Of a DNA stretch of 64,000 bases, positions 46,198-57,051 are shown piece by piece. The notes under the pieces are model-generated. The model saw nothing but the letters and a program-made list of their open reading frames with translations. It had not been told where the DNA came from and did no database searches. The position numbers and the translations under genes were made by a program. Positions within the stretch are counted from its first letter, which is position 1. Each line of letters opens with the position of its first letter. The DNA is from Neophaeotheca triangularis (lineage: Eukaryota), in NCBI GenBank assembly GCA_054600435.1, contig BAAIJX010000056.1, positions 62,001-126,000 on the forward strand. Reading direction: 5' to 3'.

Positions 46198-48653
46198 GAG
46201 ATGGAAGGGATAGCGCCGAGGCTCAAGGCTTGTGCCCACGAAGAGTTCGTTTGGGTGGTCAGGCCTCAATGTATACCCATGTAAAGCGTAATGAGCTTAG
46301 TTTAGTTGAATCAAAAATTTCGATGCTGTGTAAAATTGGTCTAGTCTATGGCTCGCCTTGCCTTCTTAGTGATTCCCCTGTGGTCAGTATAAGAGAGGGT
46401 CTCTGTAGTCTTTTAAGCGAGACGTCGCATTCTCGGCCGACAGACAAGAACGTCATGGTAGGCAAATCCGAGTCTTCCGTCCGGCGAGGGCACCGGTAAC
46501 ATGTCGAACCGCCCAACTTCGCGCGCTAAAGAGATGTCCGTGAGGGCTCTTGAGTTTGGAAAGCACAACCCTCGGCAATCTAGGGGCCATTGTAGTCGTT
46601 GAGTTGGAGAGAGGCTTGGTCTGCAAGGCCTTTATTCCCTTCAGAAGCACCTTCCGCTCGTAGCTGCTGAAGAAGCTCTGCCAATTTCCCTCGGGCCCTG
46701 TTACTTGTCACTTGCCAGCATTGTCGTGCATTCATCACTTATCGATTAGCAAAGCATCAGGTGGCCCGTGTATGCATGGAGGTCAATGAGGACCACTGGC
46801 GAATACTGACCATGGCCAATGACTCCGTCGCAGAGACTAAGATCGGTCGGCGTTGAAACGCTCACTAGTAAAACGACCATCATTCCGGGCGCACTCGAGA
46901 GCGATCGCGGCAATGACACTTATACGCGATGGGGCGATAAAAGCTCATCGCCACTCACCCTGGGTCGAATCTGGGCCGTGAGACGCGGTCGTCCGATAGG
47001 CTGTGCTGGGATGGTCGAACCCTAATAGATTCGGCGCAGCTCTAAGATTGAGGGATCGTAGTTCAGGCGCTGGTCATGCTTGAGTGAGGGCTTGAGTGAA
47101 ATGAGTATAGCAACGTGGTGAGTGTTTAGGGATAGAGGGAGTGAGGCCGGAAAGATAGGGTACATTACAGAGTGATATAAGCAGGTTAGAGCCCTAAACG
47201 CTAGAGCTAGAAGAATGAGGTCTAAGGAGAAAAGCACTGAAAATGGCATCGAGGGTAGCAGCCTGTCTTAAGTCTCATTCTACTCATTCTCGTTGGTGTA
47301 TGTTTGGATGCTTCGCGGCGATATAGGCGAGGAGGTATGGCGTTCAAGGAGAGTGCCCAGAAGGAGGGTCCAACTATATCCCGACGGAGATGGACATGTG
47401 AAGAGTCGGCGACAATGTGATATCATGATATGCGGTCGTCTTCGCACCGTGTATGAAGAGTTCGGAGCGGATGTAGGAGGTGCGGTGGTGGTTAACCACT
47501 CCTTCCTGTTGAGAGAAGCTTAAAGGGCTATTCCAACCTCACCTCACTCACGAGTATAGACGCCCGCTGCAACTTATACTACGCTCTAAACATCGGCAAT
47601 ACTTGCAAATATCAAAACAGTATGACAAGTCATCACACGCTGTTGTCAACAAGAGCATGCCACTTCGCGAGAACGCGTTTTCACCATTCACGCATCGCTA
47701 ACATTGTTACCATGCTCATTGCGTCAAACTCGAAACTCTTGCCAAAACGCAGTATACTGGGTTCTGCCGCCACAGGTCACAGGGGCGCAGAGCTTGGGAA
47801 TCAAGGCTCCCTTCAAAGCGGATTGCGCAGTGTTTCCTCATGTCTCCGGAGCGGCCTCGCCCAACGCGAAGGATTGTGAAGTCTCCCATGACAGTGAAGA
47901 TTGACCACTCCACTTTGATATCCTATCAGCCGCGATGTTGTTCCAACGCAGTGCCTGTCTGCGTCCTGTCTCTAGCTTTTGTTTTCTCGAACGTTTTGCT
48001 CCATTGCTGCTGTGCGAGGACACGCGCCTTATTGAGTCCTCACAAGTTGGTCTGTTCGCGAGGGAATACTAGTAGACACTGTGAAATTCGGATGGAACGG
48101 AAATTGTTGCTGAAGCAGTGTTCAGTAGGAGTTACTGGTGCTCCGAGTTGTTCAGGACCAACTGCGATGCTGTCGTTGACCTGGCCCGGCGCTGCTGGTC
48201 TGTGCCATCTCTCGATGCCGAGCATTGGGCTTCGGTGGGAAACCCTGCGACCCCCGATCACCGATCCCACCCTGACGTTCATGGTAACGGCGTCGATGGG
48301 AACCATTGAAATGCATGCCAAAGGTGTCGAGATAATTGTGTTTGGTATGAATGTGAGCAGTATTGCATCATCAGAGATCAACCGCAAAGACCAGACAAAA
48401 ATTTAGAAATAAACGATTCTGGAACTCCTCTTCGACCTTGTATTGCTTTGCCGAGCTATCTACGCATTCCGGATTCGCCCGCTGCCGACGAGGGCCAAGC
48501 GGCGTCGTTGGGAGGGTGTTGGACCGTGCGGCTGCCGCTTCTCCTTTCAAAATCTTGCGCTGCTGTTCCGGAATCTCTCCTCCAACTTCACAACCAACCT
48601 CTCCACTCTACAACCATCACCTTCACCTTCACGTACCCACAAACACCGCCATC

Positions 48654-50113
48654 ATGAGCGCAGCAGTCTCCTCCACCGACAAGGATGTCGACCAGTACGT
48701 GCAGTCGGTTTTGGCCTCAATGTCGCCAGATTTTGGTCGATTTTGGAAATTCCAACTTCTCGACCTTATGGCGGTAGGAAAAGGTCGACAGTAACATTTA
48801 GATTACTGACAATCGTGGCTGCAGATCCAAGAAGCAGTTCATGGGCATGCCTGGATTCGTGGTACGTAGTCGCTGCCGCCATTGTCGCCGTCGTCATCGG
48901 GAATCGCGAAGGAACCCAGAAAACTAATGACAACCAAAATTAGGTCGACTTTTTGATGGGTGGTGTCTCCGCCGCCGTCTCCAAGACCGCTGCCGCCCCC
49001 ATTGAGCGTGTCAAGCTCCTCATTCAGAACCAGGTACGCCGCAAGAGCACGCGCATACAATGGGAGCTCGATGCAATACCATTCATCGCATCATCAGCCG
49101 GCCGAAGCCCGCCAAGCTTCTCCGACCGCAGCGATTTCACGACGAGCTCCCACGCGCTCCATTGACACCGGGAATCGCATTCTAACACCCAAAACAGGAT
49201 GAGATGTTGAAGACTGGCCGTCTCGACCGCAAGTACGATGGTATCGGAGAGTGCTTTGCCCGTACCGCCAAGGACGACGGCATCGTCTCCCTGTGGCGCG
49301 GCAACACTGCCAACGTCCTCCGTTACTTCCCCACCCAGGCGCTCAACTTTGCGTTCCGTGACACCTACAAGTCTATGTTCGGTTACAAGAAGGAGCGTGA
49401 CGGCTACTGGTGGTGGATGGCCGGCAACCTCATGTCTGGTGGTGTAAGTGAAAGCCAACGTCTACATCTTGATTCAAACACTAACGCAACTCCCAGGCCG
49501 CCGGTGCTACTTCCCTCCTCTTCGTCTACTCCCTCGACTACGCCCGTACTCGTCTCGGTAACGACATGAAGTCCGCCAAGGGTGGTGGTGAGCGTCAATT
49601 CAACGGTCTGGTCGATGTCTACAAGAAGACTCTCGCCTCGGACGGTATCGCCGGTCTTTACCGTGGTTTCATGCCCTCCGTCACTGGTATCGTTGTCTAC
49701 CGCGGTCTCTACTTCGGTATGTACGACTCGATCAAGCCTGTCGTCCTCACTGGCTCCCTCGAGGGCAGCTTCCTCGCCTCCTTCTTGCTCGGCTGGACCG
49801 TCACCACTGGTGCTGGTATCGCTTCCTACCCTCTCGACACCATCCGTCGCCGCATGATGATGACTTCTGGTGAGGTGAGTAAACATTATGAAAATTCCGC
49901 CGCCATCGTCCACATCACATCTAACGAATCATTTCACAGGCCGTCAAGTACAAGTCCTCCATCGACGCTGGTCGCCAGATCATCGCCAAGGAGGGTGTCC
50001 GCTCTCTCTTCAACGGTGCTGGTGCCAACATTCTCCGTGGTGTCGCCGGTGCTGGTGTGCTCTCCATCTACGACCAAGTCCAGCTCCTCATGTTCGGCAA
50101 GGCCTTCAAATAA
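48654..50113 (+). CDS. AAC: Mitochondrial ADP/ATP carrier (6 exons)
   Basis: [62 protein letters not shown] (RRRMMM signature); five GT-AG introns; stop TAA at 50111-50113. Confidence 0.97.
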
Positions 50114-50813
50114 GCGCTTCGCCCCGAAGAGCAGTCAAGACCAAGCGAAAAAGATGGCAACATCTACAAAGTCGGTGGAAGCGAGATGGGGATCTGCATG
50201 CCTGTGAAGATTGTGGATATTCGCTGAAAAGGTGCGAAGAGAGTGATGCTGGTGCTATGCTGAGAGGAGGAGCGTGGTTTGAGATGGCTATCTCGGACAG
50301 GCGCTCCGTATGTACTTTTAGCTGTGGCACACTGTTCCCTGTATTACAATTGCGTGTTTCTTTCGGGACATTTGATTCGATTGTGTCAATTTCAAAGTGA
50401 TTGCGAGTGTCTTGAAAGAAGCGGCCAAGTGTCCACGATGATATACATCGCGGCAATACCGTGTCAACTTCATTGCTACTTATTTCACGTGCCATGCAGC
50501 AACCAACCGGATAACAGCAATCACTGAAACAAACCTAGAACGTGAAACTACTCGGCATCCCCAAGGCTACATTACCTAATCTCTCGCGCGAGGTTGGTAT
50601 TGAACTACGTCATGGGTTGCCAACTCTCACACGATCAGCACTGAGGCTGAAGCAAGGGCGATAGCTGTCCAAGTACAAGATACACCTCATATCTGCCATG
50701 CTTCAGCTTTGATGCACAACAAACCTCGCAAATTGGATAGCAAACCATCAAAACCACCCTAAAAGTGCACAAGAAGAAGCACAAGAGACAATAACAACTC
50801 CCGCACCACCACC

Positions 50814-51689
50814 ATGCCACCCATACCAGTCCACATCGACGACCCAATCACGCCTAAAAAGGCAGAAGGCGTAACACCTCAAACTACCCAACAACCCACG
50901 CCCGCCAGCGCCAACGAAGCGACGACAACAGCAACAACCACGCAACCCTCCTATCCCCCAGCGCAACCGGGCGCCGCAGCAGTTCCAGCACCAACACCCT
51001 ACGCCCCGCGCCCGCAACCAGAACCCACACGAACAACGCCAGCAACCACAAATCGCGACCACCCCGCACCACCCCAACCCGGCGCCGTCCCAACCGCCAA
51101 CGCCCCTCCCACAACCACAACCGCACCAAGCACGCTCCCCCCACCCCCTCAAGCCGGCACAGCCCCAGCCCCAGCTCCCTCGCAACAAAGCCCCTTCACC
51201 AGCGCCCTCCACAACATGCCCATCCCGCCAGCACCGGCCCAAAACCACGCCCCAACCCACTCAACCTCGACCGCCTACTCGCCTTACCAACCGCAGACCT
51301 CGCAACCCGCAACAACCCTCCCGCTGGGCCCCGCAAACCCCCTAGCGCCCCCAGCGCCCCCATCCCACCCGCCAGGCTACCAGCAAAACCTCTACGCGCA
51401 AGAGATGAGCCCCGCGCAGCGCGCGAGTCTGGAACAGCAGGAGTCTGAAGACCGGAGCATGAGGGGGAGGAGGGGGAGTCTTTTGGGGGTTTTGGGGGCG
51501 GAGGGGAGTGGTGGTGCTGGTAGTGGTGGCGGGAATAATGGGGGGTTAGATGGGACTATGGCGGGCGGGGAGGGGGGTGTTTGGGGGACTGTAAGGGCTT
51601 GGGCTGGGGCGGCGGGCAGCAGGCTTAGTGAGGCTGAGGAGGCGGCTTGGAGGAGGATTAATGGCGGGAGCGGCGGTGCAGGGTTATAG
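50814..51689 (+). CDS. Fungal proline-rich protein with a PPxY motif and C-terminal amphipathic helix
   Basis: MPPIPVHIDDPITP start, repeated PQPGA, HPPGYQQN, and VWGTVRAWAGAAGSRLSEAEEAAWRRIN end. Confidence 0.8.
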   Translation: MPPIPVHIDDPITPKKAEGVTPQTTQQPTPASANEATTTATTTQPSYPPAQPGAAAVPAPTPYAPRPQPEPTRTTPATTNRDHPAPPQPGAVPTANAPPTTTTAPSTLPPPPQAGTAPAPAPSQQSPFTSALHNMPIPPAPAQNHAPTHSTSTAYSPYQPQTSQPATTLPLGPANPLAPPAPPSHPPGYQQNLYAQEMSPAQRASLEQQESEDRSMRGRRGSLLGVLGAEGSGGAGSGGGNNGGLDGTMAGGEGGVWGTVRAWAGAAGSRLSEAEEAAWRRINGGSGGAGL

Positions 51690-52269
51690 GGGGATCGATG
51701 AAGGTGATGCTTTCGTTTTTGTCAGGCGGGAATTAATAACGGGCAGTGGTGGTTTACCATTGGGGGTCGGGGCTCGGCGTGAAGGGCTGCATTTACCACT
51801 GGGAAAAGGCGCAAGGTAATTCAGGTAGACGAGGGAATATCATTCTTACTACCAGCAGTGTAAGCTGCGGGCATTCCCCCATCCTAAAACCAAGAGATCC
51901 ACCAACCCGCCCTCTCGCACGATGAAGCCCCAAACACGACTAGTTATCAAGTCCAGGCCAAACGAAGTCACAGCCCACTTCCAGCAAACTCCCGCATGTG
52001 TAGCCTCCCACAGTCACCGACGCCAACAAGCCACCCCCTCACCGCTTTCATCTCTCGCTAGACTCCCTCCCTCCCATACCATGGAACTCGGACCTCATCC
52101 CCCACCGAAGGCAGCGAGCGAGCGACATACTCCCCCTCCCTCCCCGTTCCCGCCAACCACAGTCGCCAGGCGCTGACTAGTCAACAACTGCCCCCTAGGG
52201 GGAGGGAAGGGGGACGCTGCTTATCACTGGCTACCTGCCTCCTAGTCGTACGTACGAGTGAGAGCTGGG

Positions 52270-52296
52270 GTGAGTGAGTGAGTGAGTGAGTGAGTG
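52270..52296. repeat. (GTGA)n microsatellite
   Basis: Directly visible gtgagtgagtgagtgagtgagtgagtg. Confidence 0.95.
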
Positions 52297-54686
52297 GTTT
52301 ACTGGACTGGACTCGCTGGCTGGCTGGCTCTGGTGGGATGGAGTTAAGAAGTTGTTTCGAGCTTCTGATCTGGGCGTATGGCTGGGGGTTGCTAAGACCA
52401 GGGTGAAGGTTGCGGGCTAGTGGGTAGTGGGTAGTAGGCAAAGGGTATGAGTTTAGGTAAGGAGGGGATGATTGTGGCTTTTTGGTTTGTATTTACGGGT
52501 GGTAGGGGAAGGGAGCCCGTGGGTATTGGACTGTTATCTGGGAGGTCTGACTGGTGGTAGGTGGGTATCATCGTGGTGCTAGCTTGCCATGGAGCGCTGG
52601 CCAGTAGTAGCGGCCATCGCGTCGTGGTGGTCTGGCTTTGGTGGGATATGACATGATGTAGCGGATTTCGATTGATATAAGGCGCGGGCTCTACGGCGAG
52701 GGGGTCTAGTGTGCGAGAGCTGCGGCGATGGGAAGAGAGCGAATGCAACTCGTGTGGATTCGGGTACGTTTAGAAGGGGTTGGGTTGTGGGATACCATCT
52801 CTGCCAGCTGCTAGAGAAAGATGGGGTCGACCCGGAGGCGTCTTTGTAGCGCTGCTGTCTCGACTGTTTCAAACATCGAGGCTCGTGAGAAGGTGGACCG
52901 GTCTTACTTGCCCACCACTAGAATACCTTAGGCCCGATGGCATCGAAGTGTCCCTACGCACCACTTGCATCAAAGGCCGCTTCAGCTGACGAGAGAGAGA
53001 TGAATAGAAAGTGGTACGCCACGCGCAACCCTGGGGATGAAAAGGGAATGCAGAAGGCTGCTATAAAAACAGCAGTCTCTCCCTCAAGTACCTCCTGCGA
53101 CAATGGTATAGGTATTATTGATTATCAAGATCTACAGCACTCCACTACATCCCGTCATTCTCTAGCGAAAATCAGCGGTGTCGTGATACCTACCTACTAA
53201 CGTACCACTTCGGCGCGAGCGGTACTCTCCACCAGCCTTGTCGTGGCCAAGAGCACGAGAGGTGGTGGGGTTGAGTCTTGGTCACACTACTGGGCCTCTT
53301 GCGCACTGGTGAAACGGGACGAGACGTAGGAAACATGGAAGAGGGCGTGGAGTGGGGGAAAGAGGAAGAGAAAAGCAACCGGGGAGCAGCAACGCGTGGA
53401 AGTACGGAGGTACTTCACATCAGTAGTAAAGTAGTGTTTAGTGCTGTATCTCTCTCATCACCTCATCGTGAATAGTCAAGATTTCCACGCGAGGGGTAGA
53501 CTTGGTTGTGTAGACACCAAAGATAAGGCATATTAATCTGTGTCAGTCAAACCGATATGGGGAAAGGTTTCGATGCTCGATTGACGAGGTCTCGTCTTTG
53601 ACGATAACTAGTTGAATGCCACGGCCTTGTCCCTCTTCGCCGAAATCTCATCACATCTCGACTACTGCGTATGTGCCACGACGAAAGCCCATATCCTTCG
53701 GCTTCCCGCATCGGGAAGGCATCACGCGTCGAGCAGGCCTTTTTGGAGAAAAAGAACAAGTGGAAGAAGCACTAACGGGTGAGAGGGCAAGGAGAAAGAA
53801 AGAACAAAAAAAAAAGCCACAAAGCAGCAGCTCCCAAGCCCCCGTTTCCCGCAATAATGTCTGGGCACGAGACCGGAAAAGGTGCCTTGGGTGATCTTGA
53901 CTCGCTCGGAATCGGTGCTTCTCACGCGGCATCGAATCATGAACGCGGCCATGGCGGCGAGAGCCAAGGCGGTGTGTGTGTACAGTAGTAGTAGTAGTGT
54001 AGGAATCTGGGGCGACTCCGGGAGTTTGCTGCACTGCACTGCACTGCACTGCGCGTCTGTTCTGTGGGCAGGGCACGGCAGGGGACCTGATTCACCTGAA
54101 GGCTGAGAGAGAGACGGGGGAAAAAAGGTTGAGGCGCGACTCGTCTGCGAGAGGACGACTGTCTTCCGAGGCTCGAGCACGTGATGCGGGATGGCTGCGG
54201 TTGGACGGATACGTACTGTATCCGTCCAGGACGGGAGCTACTTAGCTGGTCGAGCTTCCATTTGTCTTCGGTCGCTTTTCCGTCAAAGTTCCGCCGGCGA
54301 GGCTGTTCATCACATAAGGTAGTTCACACTCACGCTCACTCGCTCACCGATGCACTACTGCTGTCCGCATCGCAGAATCTTCGGGTTCCCAATGCTGTGG
54401 CGTAAGTCTCCGAGTCGAGACTCTCGGGGTATGCCTTTACATTCACAGCCTCACGATGGAGCCATATCGTGGCAAGGCAAAAGTTTAAAATATCAATTGG
54501 CGTGGTCTGGGGAAAAAAGAGACATTTCTAGCTGCCCGTTTACATAGAAAGTGTGATTATTGTGTTGTTTGGGCATGACGATGGTGAAAGATCAATGGTA
54601 TGGCGAGAGTCGAGACGCCCTCTAACGCTGCATGTTGTAGCTCTGATACAAGTTTTGGGTAACCGGACCTCGAGCAAAGTAAGTAT

Positions 54687-54710
54687 CTACCTACCTACCT
54701 ACCTACCTAC
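54687..54710. repeat. (CTAC)n microsatellite
   Basis: ctacctacctacctacctacctac. Confidence 0.9.
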
Positions 54711-55004
54711 GTATGATCCGCCGTATGGTGAGTGAGCATGATGAGCGGCGGCAGTCGGTACATGGCTCAGCCTTGGCGGCAGCTTCTCACGCGATGGCGA
54801 AACCAATCTACGGTACCTTAGTAGCGAGGGAGATTGTTTGGCATGGATCGTTTAAATAGGCGACTCATCATCATCGTCATCATCATCATACATGGATTTT
54901 TATCAGTGATGGGCAATCATCAATCGGCGAGAGGGCATAGGTACGCCCCGGGCAAGCAAGCAAGCTTTTACGATGCTCCTCGGGCTTTGATCGAACCCAA
55001 TGCA

Positions 55005-55005
<1 letters not shown>

Positions 55006-55043
<38 letters not shown>

Positions 55044-55068
55044 TAATAATAATAATAATAATAATAAT
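55006..55068. repeat. (AAT)n microsatellite with one GAT interruption
   Basis: About 21 trinucleotide units, directly visible. Confidence 0.97.
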
Positions 55069-56109
55069 ATCATCTCGAGCTACTGCTACTGCTACTACTA
55101 CTACTGCTGCTGTAGTGCTGCCACCTGACGTCGGCGGTACTTTTTAGATGGCAGCACTTGGAAGCAAAGAAGCATGCATGGCTGGTAGAACTTAAGAAGG
55201 ATGATGTGATCAGATACGATGATAGGTCGGGTAATCTTTGCGACCAGTGCTTGGTACTAGGTAGGGCCTAGCCTCGTAAAGACTAGTAGCCAGGTGAGCC
55301 GTGACCAGCCCGCTTCGCCTTGACTACTGAGAGGCCAGAGCCAGCTGCCCTCTTGCTTGGCATACGCCGCCACGTGCGAGGGGCAAGCATCGGAGAGAGT
55401 CGTGAGGACTTGTAGTAGTACAGTACTACCGTTATCTGCTTCCTACCGTCTTATCGTCCTACCTGCTGCTGCTGTGTTGCTGCCGTACTGTCGCAATAAT
55501 CAATGGCATAGGTAATGGTTGGTAACAGTAGCCTCGATGCCGCCATGTAGTATGTAGCATTCGAGACCTAGCTGTATCGACAACTGTAGTAGTATCGTAT
55601 CGTATCGTACATGTATCATCACGTCGGATCAACACCGTCGAGACTCGACACCTTCCTCCGTCCTCGACTCTCTCTCCCTCACCGTTCAGGTCGTTGTTGC
55701 GTGTACCTCACCGCGGGCCCAGTCACGAGGCTTGGCGAAGACGGACGACAGACAGCCAGCCCAGCCCAGCAGCGCCACCCAAACGCCGCCAGTCGGCCAG
55801 TTTTTAGGTCGTCTCAACTCTCTCAACCGGGGCTACCGACATCGACACCGTGCGAGGGCCTAAATATGTTGTCAAGCAAGCAAGCAAAGCAAGCAAGCCA
55901 GTAAACCGTCCAGTGCTCGTTGGCGACTGATGACCGTGCCCGGGTTAAGTGGTTACGAATATAAAAGTGGTAGCATAGGTTAGCTGTCGTAGCGCCCGCG
56001 CGCACATTCCTGTGGTCTTTCTAAATTACTAAAATGCGAAGCGTGCACGAGGATGATGATAGTTATTGTGACAAGCGGTAGTAGTCTGTAGAGGAGCGGT
56101 CGCCGGTAG

Positions 56110-56110
<1 letters not shown>

Positions 56111-56140
<30 letters not shown>
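56111..56140. repeat. (TGC)10 microsatellite
   Basis: Directly visible. Confidence 0.95.
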
Positions 56141-56583
56141 AAGGCCGACGACACTTTTTAACTTCCAAGACCGTAGTGGGCCGCTATCCGAGCCTGCATG
56201 CGTGTGGGTGGGGAACGATGGAGATGGCGCTGCCGGGGTTTGGCTCGTTAGCCAGCACGGGTGCTGCTACTAGTAAGGTAGGTTAGGAGTGGTTAGGTTA
56301 GGTGGGTTGTCATCACGACCGGAAGGCAAACAAGACGTCTGCTGGCTCGAGTGTGATTGAAACAAGACTTGGATTTTGTTTTTAGAGGGGGGATGATAAA
56401 ACTAATACAATGGACCATAACAACGATGATAATAATGATCAATACAGCACGTTCGCATTGTTATCTGTATGTACAGTACAGTACCCGGTACTACCTAGCC
56501 TAGCTACCTCCACTAACTACCCATTACTGGTGATGACATTGGAAACCTTGCTGCTTATCGCGACTGGAAGAGCTACACTCACC

Positions 56584-56619
56584 GCCAAGCCTCTGGCTCT
56601 TGTAGTCTTGGACGCCAAG
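56584..56619 (+). promoter_or_regulatory. Paired PacC/Rim101 consensus sites (GCCAAG x2) about 450 bp upstream of ENA
   Basis: GCCAAG at 56584-56589 and 56614-56619. ENA genes are established PacC/Rim101 targets. Confidence 0.4.
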
Positions 56620-57051
56620 AGGACTGGTTCTTGGGAGCCCACGGCGTCGCGCAGTCTCTGGCATTGCGCTGCCGATACTTAAGTGATTTTGCCTGCCCCC
56701 CGCCGTGTCGCTTGTCGTCGTGTTTGTCCTCCTCTTCTCGCTACCTTGCCTACCTGACCGACTCACCCTACACATCGCCGTCGCCGCCGCCGTCGTTGTT
56801 GCTGTTGTTGTGCCAGCAGGGTAGACAAGCCGACCCGGTCTCTCGAGGGGCACGCCAAACCCTACCCGACAAGCTCCCCACTCCACTCACCTACACTCTC
56901 ACTACTACTACTACTGCTACTACTACATTCCTCACATTCCCCTCCGCAACCCAATCCGGACGGGGCCTTTTTCTGACTCCCCCAATTTTTACCACTCTCC
57001 CCATTTTGTCCGTTTAACCAGACCCCCCCACCTCCCCCCCAAAACTCCAAC

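Noticed and set aside
47022..47249. ORF resembling a cytochrome P450 N-terminal anchor (LYHSVMYPIF)
   Set aside because: No downstream P450 motifs (ExxR, FxxGxRxC) were found in the frames examined.
48695..49197. snoRNA inside the longer ADP/ATP carrier introns
   Set aside because: Only a short TCGACCTT/AAGGTCGA hairpin was seen, with no convincing C/D or H/ACA box pair.
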